DNA from: Nemertoderma westbladi | Taxonomy: Eukaryota > Animalia > Xenacoelomorpha | Assembly (NCBI GenBank): GCA_032718475.1 | Contig: JAUCBJ010000042.1 | Location: 1 to 64,000, forward strand | Length of the DNA: 64,000 nt | Direction: 5' to 3' | Shown: positions 47,679-62,891 of the stretch, piece after piece | How the letters are laid out: the number at the start of each line of letters is the position of its first letter | Position numbering within the stretch: the stretch's first letter is position 1 | Notes under the pieces: generated by a model | Databases searched by the model: none | Seen by the model: the letters and a program-made list of their open reading frames with translations, nothing else | Told to the model about the DNA's origin: nothing | Translations under genes and position numbers: made by a program

Positions 47679-50218
47679 GGAATGGGGCTAGCCACCGAGC
47701 CTTGCCTAACGTCGTTTGAAATACTGAACGAATTAGAGTCAGAATTTTGCCAACGCACACAGCAGGATTGATTACTATATATCCATATTAACACTCTAAG
47801 GAAAAACGCCGAAACCCCCTTTTTCAACAGTTCAAGAAACAGCTTGCACCATTCGACCATGTCGAATGCCTTCGACAGGTCCAGTAGAAAGCCATAAACC
47901 GGAGTCGAATGCCTCGAGTAGAACCCCACGACCTCAGATGCGGCCCAGGTGCATTGAGAAGACTAGAACCTGACTGAAAACTGAACTGCAGTTCGTCCAA
48001 TAGTAAACATTCTGACTGCGAAAGAAGCAACGACGAGAGTGCAATCGCTCTATAATTATTCGAAACATTCTGATCGACCAACTTGTCCTTAATGAGTGGA
48101 ATGATTACACACGTTAATATGAACTGAGGAACGTAGCCATGTGATAAGAAAACATTAAATAAATTTACTCAGATGTACACGTAATTCCGGAGGTCCATTT
48201 ATTAAACATTCAGAATCAAATCCAAATGTGACGTCACACTTTGAACTTTTAAGTCTATGAAGACCCTCAGAAATCAATTCCGGGGAAATACTTGGCAAAT
48301 CATCCGTAGAGCACCCTCTCAGCTTCTCTGAAATTGTATCGTTCATTTTTTCTACATCGGGACCATAAGGTTGATTAAAAAGATTCTAATAAATATCAGA
48401 AAACTTATCAGCTATGGATTGCGGATCACAACAGCCGTCAGTAGTCGAACTTGCACCGCTAGGCACAGAACGAAGTTTCTTGATTTCCTTAAATATATCC
48501 GTGTTATTCTTAAGGCATGCCTGTATGAGTTTATCACGGCGAACCTTATCAGCAGACCTTTTTAACCGCCGGACGGCGTACTTATATTGGGAGCGAGTAA
48601 CCCGCCGCATATGAAACAAATGTGGATTCTGGAACGCGTTGGGACAACATGCAGAAACCCATAAACTGTGCCAGAAGATGGCCTCTTCTTTGAAAGGTTT
48701 AACATGGTCAGTCCAGCCTGGCAGAATCGGCCGGTCGGATGAATCAGATGAACCCCCAGACCCGTTTCCTCGACCATTAACAAGGCAACTAGAACTACTA
48801 TCAATCGATTCCAGAATATCCATGGTGTATTTTTCTATATCTACTCTATGACTGCAATCGGTGCAAAAAACATTGTTACACAACGAAATGTCCGAAAAAG
48901 ATTCCAAATTATTCAGTGCCCCAGTTAATTTAGCACTAAACTCACGTTGTTTTTCACATGAGGCTTGTTTAAAATTAGCTCGACATTTATTACTGCTATT
49001 ACCAGTTAAATTACCAGCCGGCATATTTAAAACACCAATATCAAACTTTATAAAAATTGGGCAGTGTGAAGATAAATTGGCACCGGAATGTACCACATCT
49101 GATTCCACAACATTGTCGAGTAACATACTATTACCAAAAAAGTGATCTAACGTAGAATGAAACACAGACTGTTCCCTGAAACAAGTATAAGTGAAATCAA
49201 TAGGGAATATATCCCACATACGGCCAAAATTTAATTCCTGTAGAAATTGGCTGACTGCATGTACATGAGACGATGTACGGGAGAAATCTGCATTAATATC
49301 ACCGGCAATTAACACATTGGCACAGTCTACTGAATTTATAATATCTTTAATATCGCAAAATAACTTGAGCAACTCATCTGAGACAAAATTGTCTCTTTTA
49401 TCTACAGGGAAATACGAGTTAATTAACACAAGTGGCTTTGCATTTGGTAAGTTCAAACTAATAACATGTAAACGAGGATTATTAACTTTAACAATATTTA
49501 CATACTTAGACACTGCATTCTTAATAATGAAACACAAACCCCCGGAGGGCCTACCGGCACGCACAGCATTATCGCAGTAAGTAGCAGGCTGAATAATACA
49601 ATGATACTGAGACTGGGGAAACTCTTTCTTAATCCTATAGATATTATCGTGCAGAACAAAATGTTCTTGTAAGCATACAATATCCGACCCTAGTAAAATA
49701 ACTTTAATAAACTCGAGCTTATCTGGTGATAAACCTGTACTATTGTAGGAAGATACACAGAAAATATTAGAGCTCGATTGACCGTTACTTGGAATAGTTC
49801 CGGTAGCCATCGCTTTAGTTTACCGAACGAATGGCTCGTAGGCATAACCTAATTCCGGCTTCCGCCATAGACCCACTTCCTCACGCACACCCCAGGAGGC
49901 CAAGTAGACGGCTCAAGCGCTTTGTCGATGTCGCGTGATGACAGAGTTATACGAAAGCTGGCTAACCTTGAGTCCTGCGGTGACTTCCGTTGCAAGGCCT
50001 CCGCTCCAATGTTGATACCATGCGCCTTCAGGTTCTCAATCAACTCCAACGCTTTGGTTCCCTTTTCCAACCGAAAGACAAAAATGTCCGTTGGGGCCGC
50101 ACTCAAACCCCCAGCTTGACTCCCTTTACCTGTCCCCACCACAAACGCTGGAGCTGAGCGACGTTGGGGGAGGGGGCGAGGGTCACGTTGGGTTTTACGG
50201 TAGCTGACCGTAAACCTG
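47679..50218 (-). mobile_element. Internal fragment of an APE-type LINE (RTE-X-like; clade uncertain): ORF1 C-terminus, endonuclease and N-half of RT
   Basis: ORF1 end IFVFRL...SFRITL...WPPGVCVRKW (49849-50142); ORF2 SYNSTG, CLQEH, GRPSGGL, AGDINADF, STLDHF, SSHCPI (48386-49810); broken RT NYRAIALSS, LDLSKAFDMV, VRQGSVASP. Confidence 0.88.
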
Positions 50219-53200
50219 ATGTGGGAAGATAGATAGAAAGGTGGATGGGAATGTGGGAAGATAGATATAAAGTTGGATGGGAATGTGGGAAGATGGATAT
50301 AAATGTGGGAAGGTAGATAGAAAGGTGGATGGGAATGTGGGAAGATAGATAGAAAGTTGGATGGGAATGTGGGAAGATGGTTAGGAATGTGGGAAGATAG
50401 ATAGAAAGGTGGGTGGGAATGTGGGAAGATGGATAGGAATGTGGGAAGATAGATAGAAAGGTGGGTGGGAATGTGGGAAGATGGATAGGAATGTGGGAAG
50501 ATAGATAGAAAGGGGGATGGGAATGTGGGAAGATAGATAGAAAGTTGGATGGGAATGTGGGAAGATAGATAGAAATGTGGGAAGATAGATAGAAAGGTGG
50601 ATGGGAATGTGGGAAGATAGATAGAAAGTTGGATGGGAATGTGGGAAGATGGTTAGGAATGTGGGAAGATAGATAGAAAGGTGGGTGGGCATGTGGGAAG
50701 ATGGATAGGAATGTGGGAAGATAGATAGAAAGGTGGATGGGAATGTGGGAAGATAGATAGAAAGGTGGATGGGTATGTGGGAAGATGGATATGAATGTGG
50801 GAAGATAGATAGAAAGGTGGATGGGAATGTGGGAAGATAGATAGAAAGGTGGATGGGAATGTGGGAAGATGGATATGAATGTGGGAAGATAGATATAAAG
50901 GTGGATGGGAATGTGGGAAGATGGATAGAAATGTGGGAAGATAGATAGAAAAGTGGATGGGAATGTGGGAAGATAGATAGAAAGTTGGATGGGAATGTGG
51001 GAAGATGGTTAGGAATGTGGGAAGATAGATAGAAAGGTGGGTGGGAATGTGGGAAGATGGTTAGGAATGTGGGAAGATAGATAGAAAGGTGGGTGGGAAT
51101 GTGGGAAGATAGATATAAAGTTGGATGGGAGTGTGGGAAGATGGATAGAAATAAGGGAAGATAGATAGAAAGGTGGATGGGAATGTGGGAAGATAGATAG
51201 AAAGTTGGATGGGAATGTGGGAAGATGGTTAGGAATGTGGGAAGATAGATAGAAAGGTGGATGGGAATGTGGGAAGATAGATAGGAAGGTGGATGGGTAT
51301 GTGGGAAGACGGATGGAAATTTGGATGGGAATGTGGGAAGATAGATAGAAAGTTGGATTGGAATGTGGGAAGATGGATAGGAATGTGGGAAGATAGATAG
51401 AAAGGTGGGTGGGAATGTGGGAAGATGGATAGGACTGTGGGAAGATAGATAGAAAGGTGGATGGGAATGTGGGAAGATAGATAGAAAGTTGGATGGGAAT
51501 GTGTGAAGATGGATAGAAATGTGGGAAGATAGATAGAAAGGTGGATGGGAATGTGGGAAGATAGATAGAAAGTTGGATGGGAATGTGGGAAAATGGTTAG
51601 GAATGTGGGAAGATAGATATAAAGGTGGGTGGGAATGTGGGAAGATGGATAGGAATGTGGGAAGATAGATAGAAAGGTGGGTGGGGATGTGGGAAGATGG
51701 ATAGGAATGTGGGAAGATAGATAGAAAGGTGGATGGGAATGTGGGAAGATAGATAGAAAGTTGGATGGGAATGTGGGAAGATGGATAGAAATGTGGGAAG
51801 ATAGATAGAAAGGTGGATGGGAATGTGGGAAGATAGATAGAAAGTTGGATGGGAAAGTGAATGTGGGAAGATGGTTAGGAATGTGGGAAGATAGATAGAA
51901 AGGTGGATGGGAATGTGGGAAGATAGATAGAAAGTTGGATGGGAATGTGTGAAGATGGTTAGGAATGTGGGAAGATAGATAGAAAGGTGGGTGGGAATGT
52001 GGGAAGATGGATAGGAATGTGGGAAGATATATAGAAAGGTGGATGGGAATGTGGGAAGATAGATAGAAAGGTGGATGGGAATGTGGGAAAATGGATATGA
52101 ATGTGGGAAGATAGATAGAAAGGTGGATGGGAATTTGGGAAAATTGATAGAAATGTGGGAAGATAGATAGAAATGTGGATGGGAATGTGGGAAGATAGAT
52201 AGAAAGTTGGATGGGAATGTGGGAAGATGGTTAGGAATGTGGGAAGGTAGATAGAGAGGTGGGTGGGAATGTGGGAAGATGGATAGGAATGTGGGAAGAT
52301 AGATATAAATGTGGGTGGGAATGTGGGAAGATAGATAGAAAGTTGGATGGGAATGTGGGAAGATGGATAGAAATGTGGGAAGATAGATAGAAAGTTGGAT
52401 GGGAAAGTGAATGTGGGAAGATGGTTAGGAATGTGGGAAGATAGATAGAAAGGTGGATGAGAATGTGGGAAGATAGATAGAAAGTTGGATGGGAATGTGT
52501 GAAGATGGTTAGGAATGTGGGAAGATAGATAGAAAGGTGGGTGGGAATGTGGGAAGATGGATAGGAATGTGGGAAGATATATAGAAAGGTGGATGGGAAT
52601 GTGGGAAGATGGATAGGAATGTGGGAAGATATATAGAAAGTTGGATGGGAATGTGTGAAGATGGTTAGGAATGTGGGAAGATAGATAGAAAGGTGGGTGG
52701 GAATGTGGGAAGATGGATAGGAATGTGGGAAGATATATAGAAAGGTGGGTGGGAATGTGGGAAGATAGATTAAACGTGGATGGGAATGTGGGAAGATGGA
52801 TAGGAATGTAGGAAGATGGATAGGAATGTGGGAAGATAGATAGGAATGTGGGAAGATAGATAGAAAGGTGGATGGGAATGTGGGAATGTGGGAAGATAGA
52901 TTAAACGTGGATGGGAATGTGGGAAGATGGATAGGAATGTAGGAAGATGGATAGGAATGTGGATGGGAATGTGGGAAGATAGATTACACGTGGATGGGAA
53001 TGTGGGAAGATGGATAGGAATGTAGGAAGATGGATAGGAATGTGGGAAGATAGATAGGAATGTGGGAAGATAGATAGAAAGTTGGATTGGAATGTGGGAA
53101 GATGGATAGGAATGTGGGAAGATAGATAGAAAGGTGGATGGGAATGTGGGAAGATGGATAGAAATGTAGGAAGATGGATAGGAATGTGGGAAGATAGATT

Positions 53201-56200
53201 AAACGTGGATGGGAATGTGGAAAGATGGATAGGAATGTAGGAAGATGGATAGGAATGTGGATGGGAATGTGGGAAGATAGATTAAACGTGGATGGGAATG
53301 TGGGAAGATGGATAGGAATGTAGGAAGATGGATAGGAATGTGGGAAGATAGATAGGAATGTGGGAAGATAGATAGAAAGTTGGATTGGAATGTGGGAAGA
53401 TGGATAGGAATGTGGGAAGATAGATAGAAAGGTGGATGGGAATGTGGGAAGATGGATAGAAATGTAGGAAGATGGATAGGAATGTGGGAAGATAGATAGA
53501 AAGGTGGATGGGAATGTGGGAAGATAGATAGAAAGGTGGATGGAAATGTGGGAAAATGGATATGAATGTGGGAAGATAGATAGAAAGGTGGATGGGAATT
53601 TGGGAAGATGGATAGAAATGTGGGAAGATAGATAGAAAGGTGGATGGGAATGTGGGAAGATAGATAGAAAGTTGGATGGGAATGTGGGAAGATGGTTAGG
53701 AATGTGGGAAGGTAGATAGAGAGGTGGGTGGGAATGTGGGAAGATGGATAGGAATGTGGGAAGATAGATAGAAATGTGGGAAAATGGATATGAATGTGGG
53801 AAGATAGATAGAAAGTTGGATGGGAATGTGGGAAAATGGATATGAAAGTGGGAAGATAGATAGAAAGGTGGATGGGAATGTGGGAAGATAGATAGAAAGT
53901 TGGATGGGAATGTGGGAAGATGATTAGGAATGTGGGGAGATAGATAGAAAGGTGGGTGGGAATGTGGGAAAATGGATATGAATGTGGGAAGATAGATAGA
54001 AAGTTGGATGGGAATGTGGGAAAATGGATATGAATGTGGGAAGATAGATAGAAAGGTGGATGGGAATGTGGGAAGATGGATAGAAATGTGGGAAGATAGA
54101 TAGAAAGGTGGATGGGAATGTGGGAAGATAGATAGAAAGTTGGATGGGAATGTGAATGTGGGAAGATGGTTAGGAATGTGGGAAGATAGATAGAAAGGTG
54201 GATGGGAATGTGGTAAGATAGATAGAAAGTTGGATGGGAATGTGGGAAGATGATTAGGAATGTGGGGAGATAGATAGAAAGGTGGGTGGGAATGTGGGAA
54301 AATGGATATGAATGTGGGAAGATAGATAGAAAGTAGGATGGGAATGTGGGAAAATGGATATGAATGTGGGAAGATAGATAGAAAGGTGGATGGGAATGTG
54401 GGAAGATGGATAGAAATGTGGGAAGATAGATAGAAAGGTGGATGGAAATGTGGGAAGATAGATAGAAAGGTGGGTGGGAATGTGGGAAAATGGATATGAA
54501 TGTGGGAAGATAGATAGAAAGTTGGATGGGAATGTGGGAAAATTGATATGAATGTGGGAAGATAGATAGAAAGGTGGATGGGAATGTGGGAAGATGGTTA
54601 GGAATGTGGGAAGGTAGATAGAGAGGTGGGTGGGAATGTGGGAAGATGGATAGGAATGTGGGAAGATAGATAGAAAGGTGGGTGGGAATGTGGGAAGATA
54701 GATAGAAAGTTGGATGAGAATGTGGGAAGATGGATAGAAATGTGGGAAGATAGATAGAAATGTGGATGGGAATGTGGGAAGATAGATAGAAAGGTGGATG
54801 GGAATGTGGGAAGATAGATAGAAAGTTGGATGGGAATGTGGGAAGATGGTTAGGAATGTGGGAAGATAGATAGAAAGGTGGATGGGAATGTGGTAAGATA
54901 GATAGAAAGTTGGATGGGAATGTGGGAAGATGATTAGGAATGTGGGAAGATAGATAGAAAGGTGGGTGGGAATGTGGGAAGATTGATAGGAATGTGGGAA
55001 GATAGATAGAAAGGTGGGTGGGAATGTGGGAAGATAGATAGAAAGGTGAATGGGAATGTGGGAAGATAGATAGAAAGTTGGATGGGAATGTGGGAAGATG
55101 GATTGAAATGTGGGGAGATAGATAGAAAGGTGGATGGGAATGTGGGAAGATAGATAGAAAGTTGGATGGGAATGTGGGAAGATGGTTAGGAATGTGGGAA
55201 GATAGATAGAAAGGTGGATGGGAATGTGGGAAGATAGATAGAAAGTTGGATGGGAATGTGGGAAGATGGTTAGGAATGTGGGAAGATAGATAGAAAGGTG
55301 GGTGGGAATGTGGGAAGATGGATAGGAATGTGGGAAGATAAATAGAAAGGTGGATGGGAATGTGGGAAGATAGATAGAAAGTTGGATGGGAATGTGGGAA
55401 GATAGATAGAAAGGTGGGTGGGAATGTGGGAAGATGGATAGGAATGTGGGAAGATAGATAGAAAGGTGGATGGGAATGTGGGATGATAGATAGAAAGTTG
55501 GATGGGAATGTGGGAAGATGGATACAAATGTGGGGAGATATATAGAAAGGTGGATGGGAATGTGGGAAGATAGATAGAAAGTTGGATGGGAATGTGGGAA
55601 GATGGTTAGGAATGTGGGAAGATAGATAGAACGGTGGATGGGAATGTGGGAAGATAGATAGAAAGTTGGATGGGAATGTGGGAAGATGGTTAGGAATGTG
55701 GGAAGATAGATAGAAAGGTGGGTGGGAATGTGGGAAGATGGATAGGAATGTGGGAAGATATATAGAAAGGTGGATGGGAATGTGGGAAGATAGATAGAAA
55801 GGTGGATGGGAATGTGGGAAAATGGATATGAATGTGGGAAGATAGATAGAAAGGTGGATGGGAATGTGGGAACATGGATAGAAATGTGGGAAGATAGATA
55901 GAAAGGTGGATGGGAATGTGGGAACATGGATAGAAATGTGGGAAGATAGATAGAAAGGTGGGTGGGAATGTGGGAAGATGGATAGGAATGTGGGAAGATA
56001 GATAGAAAGGTGGATGGGAATGTGGGAAGATAGATAGAAAGTTGGATGGGAATGTGGGAAGATGGATAGAAATGTGGGGAGATAGATAGAAAGGTGGATG
56101 GGAATGTGGGAAGATAGATAGAAAGTTGGATGGGAATGTGGGAAGATAGATAGAAAGTTGGATGGGAATGTGGGAAGATGGTTAGGAATGTGGGAAGATA

Positions 56201-57368
56201 GATAGAAAGGTGGGTGGGAATGTGGGAAGATGGATAGGAATGTGGGAAGATATATAGAAAGGTGGATGGGAATGTGGGAAGATAGATAGAAAGGTGGATG
56301 GGAATGTGGGACAATGGATATGAATGTGGGAAGATAGATAGAAAGGTGGATGGGAATGTGGGAACATGGATAGAAATGTGGGAAGATAGATAGAAAGGTG
56401 GATGGGAATGTGGGAAGATATATAGAAAGTTGGATGGGAATGTGGGAAGATGGTTAGGAATGTGGGAAGGTAGATAGAGAGGTGGGTGGGAATGTGGGAA
56501 GATGGATAGGAATGTGGGAAGATAGATAGAAAGGTGGATGGAAATGTGGGAAGATAGATAGAAAGTTGGATGGGAATGTGGGAAGATAGATAGAAAGGTG
56601 GGTGGGAATGTGGCATTTACTTTACTGTTCAATTATATTTATCTGAAATCATTCACGAGTTCAGTAGTCACAAGGCTAGCAAAATGCTTTTTCTAAATAA
56701 TTTTTGTGTCTAATTCATTGATTTACCGATATATTTTCAAAATTATATCACAATCAATCAAAGTCACACATTATTTCTCAGAATCTCACTACCCAGCGGC
56801 GCGTGTACGCTCTCAGTCGTACCTAAATATACAGTATTTTGGATGGTACAGTAATTTTAGGAAAAAATAATAATTACTTACAGTAAATAATAATAATTAC
56901 TTTTTACCAACGGGGTCCAACATTTTTTTCAATTTGTTTTCGGGGGGGGGGTGGGGGGGGGGGGGTAGGGGCACAAAAGATGCGACTGCCGGGGGCCCGA
57001 AAATCCATAATCCGTCCCTGCAACTCTAAAGTACAATTTGGTTATTAGGCAGTGATGAGTTATACATTCAAAGAAAGACTATTAAAACTAAATGCACTCC
57101 CAATATCTATATACCTCCAATTATGTGACCTTCTAACAATATTAAAAATAATAAATATCACATCGACTGGACGCAGCACATTAAAATAAAGACGCACAAT
57201 CGGGACAGGAATACTCGTAGTACAAATCACCTTACATTCGATATATCGCAACCACGGAAATGCATTTCGAAGCAAAATTGTTGGTTCCGTGCGCCGCTTC
57301 TAGCTAATCAGTTACCATCGCGAACTGAATTTTTTTACCATGTTGGACTAAAGGCCCGACTCCTAGAC

Positions 57369-59533
<2,165 letters not shown>

Positions 59534-60401
59534 TCTGGCGACACTTCCATAAACGATATGACGTAGATATCAACTGTACATGGAGATTAAACTGCGATTG
59601 TGTCCAAATGAATTGTAATTTGTGTCTCCCGAATCTTGCTGACCTTCTCAACCCATAATCATAACGCCTTAATTAGACCTACATCTATATTTATTGCCCT
59701 ATTATTGATTGTTATTTTATGTAAATCATTAATCATTTTAAGTAAATACTGTACATATATAATTTTAATGCAATCGTTTTCTTTAAAAGCCAAACCATTT
59801 CATATAAATGCGTGTGACGTCATAATTTTATAGTATTGTACTTTGTTATTTTATGAAATTTTACTGAATTTTTAGTCTTTTAGTAAATATTGTACATTAT
59901 ATAATTTTAATCCAATCATTTTACTTAGAAACTGTTTGTTATTTTTATGAATTTTACTGTATAGCTAAACCATTTTAAATGCAAGCACGTTGTCACAATT
60001 CTATAGTACTTAGTTCTGTTATTTTTATGAAATTTTATTGAATTGACCTACTGTACGTGTAATTTTACTTAATTTTATTGCATAGCCAATACACTTTACT
60101 GTATAATTTATACAATGAGATATTGCTTGACATTTTATTTGTTTAACGTTTTAAGTAAATAGTGTACATAAATAATGTAAGCGATTCTAGACATGTGTTG
60201 TATTTTGTACAATATAAACTATTACAATCTTATTATATAGGGCCTGTTGTATGAATGCAATACTGTAAGATATTTTATTCCAAAATTGTAACATTACTCA
60301 ACGCCGTTAGTATTAACAGCGAGTTGTTATTTAGCACTTTACAACTTTAGAGGACATTACAGCATTGTATTGGCCTGTACATTTAGTATTGTATTTGGTG
60401 T

Positions 60402-60493
60402 TATTGTTTACGTGACGACGCATGACGACGTTAAGTAATGTCCCACTAAGGGGACATTACTTAACGCCGTCATTGGATACCACGTAAACAATA
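60402..60493. repeat. Imperfect ~92-nt hairpin
   Basis: TATTGTTTACGTG..ATGACGACGTTAAGTAATGTCCC-ACTAAG-GGGACATTACTTAACGCCGTCAT..CACGTAAACAATA. Confidence 0.85.
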
Positions 60494-60979
60494 GGTGGAA
60501 ATTTGCCTGACAGCCAGATAGGCCTACTGCATTACCTACCGGTAGGCGGGGTATAGCTATTAATAACCAGTAGCTATATTATTAACATGGCTCCAAACGC
60601 CACCATAAATATAAGCTAACTTATTTATAACATAATTTATGTCATTTTTACATTTATTTATACAGCAACTAATATAATTTGTGCAGTTTCTATCACTTAT
60701 AATATATATACAATCATTTCGTAATGTTAAAATTTTGGAATAAAACTACATACATACTTGTTGCAAAGTACTTTACAGTGTTCTGATCCTCGTGGCTTTA
60801 TTTTCACTCACTCACTAACGTTCGTTCGTGTAACAAAGCCACTCGGATCATCACACTGTAAAGTGCTACTTTACACACAAGTATGTAAATATTTATTAGA
60901 TAAATTTGTGCGTTGTTAACTCACTAGGGGGGGACCCCGTCACGTTATCGTGTAAATCTATTTTAATAATAATAATAAT

Positions 60980-61384
60980 GAGGATGTTACATGCGGATGT
61001 TATATGCGGATGTTACATGCGGATGTTAGATGCGGATGTTACATGCGGATGTTATATGCGGATGTTACACGTGGTTGTTACATGCGGATGTTATATGCGG
61101 CTGTTACATGCGGATGTTACATGCAGATGTTATATGCGGATGGTACATGCGGATTTTAGATGCGGTTGTTACATGCGGATGTTATATGCGGTTGTTACAT
61201 GCAGATGTTACATGCGGATGCTAGATGCGGATGTTACATGCAGATGTTATATGCGGATGGTACATGTGGATGTTACATGCGGATGTTAGATGTGGATGTT
61301 ATATGCGGATGTTAGATGCGGATGTTACATGCGGATGTTACATGCGGACGTTAGATGTGGATGTTACATGCGGATGTTACATGC
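60980..61384. repeat. Minisatellite, 13-bp unit TGCGGATGTTACA x~31
   Basis: Direct reading; 13-aa periodicity in the overlapping ORFs. Confidence 0.93.
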
Positions 61385-61713
61385 ACTATCTAAGCATCCT
61401 GTCTGCGCATGTCCAACAATAACCGCACTAATATAAAAAAATTTCATTAATAATTACTTTTTTTACTTTAAACTTTTTTATCTTTAAAATTATCAAAATA
61501 TAAAATAATTAAAATTATTTCTTACTAGATAACAACTTGGCAGAAGTAAATGCATTAGGTCCTGGTGTATTAAGGATAAGCACTGGTAGCAATAAATTTG
61601 TTTGTTAAATTATTGGGAATGAATATTAAAATAAAATAAGAATAGTAATAAGCTGGTGGAATCTTTATATAGAAGGGAGGCCGGACAAAAGTATGAATGT
61701 TTTAAGAGACAGA

Positions 61714-61781
61714 CGCATCCGCATCCGCATCCGCATCCGCATCCGCATCCGCATCCACATCCGCATCCGCATCCGCATCCG
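61714..61781. repeat. (CGCATC)n hexamer array
   Basis: About 11 copies; reverse complement of the TGCGGA core of the 13-bp array. Confidence 0.9.
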
Positions 61782-62891
61782 TGCTGATGTCAAAAATATG
61801 TTAGGATAATAATTCCAAAGATAGATACCATCACAAGAAGGTAAATTTTAAAAAAGTTATAAATTTCGCAAATAAAATATATAAATGTTTGCAATAACTT
61901 TCACTAATTTTTTTAGCTTTTCGTTCAATAGATGTCAAAACTAAAATATAATATAATGGATATATACGATATGAATAACAAAGTGGGTAATTTTATTAAT
62001 ATTAACAAATATCATATTAAAGTGATGACACGTGTTATTCTGTCGTACTAGTAGTCATTTGAGTGAGAGTAAAGAATTCATATGTCCTACACAATTACCA
62101 AAAACTTTATAGTTATTGAAAGTCAAAATATATTGACAAATTATATCGAACTTGCTTACTACTGTAGTAGTATACAAGTTCCATATAATTTGTCAATATT
62201 TTGATTCCATATATTCCATGTATACAATAATTAGGGGCGAACCGAGTCTGACAATATAATTAAATTCAATGATTGTAACCGGTAAACTAATAATATTATC
62301 ACATAATATATTAATATTCTTAATAGTAAATTCATAATACGTACAAAATCCTATGATACTAAAATTAAAATAGCTTTGGTGCATACTGTGAGAAACAGAT
62401 AGGGAGGGAGGGGGGGGGGGGGGGGGAGGGGGGGGGGGGACTGGACGCAATAAAAATTCATCCCTCTCCAGGGGAAATTCGACGACACCCCAATTGGCGT
62501 CCTGGAATATAGTGTCTTTATTCAGGTACCCCCCCCCCCCCCCCCCGTAATGAGATTGCATGAAATTTGAAACGAAAGTGTTTGAAAAAGTGTCTCCGGC
62601 GACATTTCACCAGTTACACTGCAATTATTCTTCAACCTTATAGTGGCAACCTTAAAGCTGGCCATGTAAGGATTCTAAAAAAATCAAAACATTTGAATTT
62701 GGTTGGGAAATAGCTGATATATGGGCATTCGAACGTTGCATGTATTTAGTTTCCAATTCAGCTATTATTATTATATTTAATAAATATACTCTCATATTCT
62801 GGAACAATTGTTTATTACATACCATGTAGCTGAGCGAGCAGCAATGCATACCTCTTTAATCATACCTCTTTAATGCAGATTGTGATGTAAT

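Larger units (their letters stand above)
28490..56613 (+). repeat. Purine/G-rich satellite domain (blocks 28490-28645, 29801-31269, ~32746-33862, 47029-47678, 50219-56613) interrupted by four TE insertions
   Basis: 32-bp unit GGGAATGTGGGAAGATAGATAGAAAGGTGGAT mixed with a 20-bp unit AGGAATGTGGGAAGATGGAT; almost no C on the + strand. Confidence 0.97.

Noticed and set aside
29774-56632. Long minus-strand ORFs rich in PSTFLSIFPHSH (e.g. 54254-56632, 30121-31377)
   Set aside because: Translations of the pyrimidine-rich satellite strand, which rarely contains stops.
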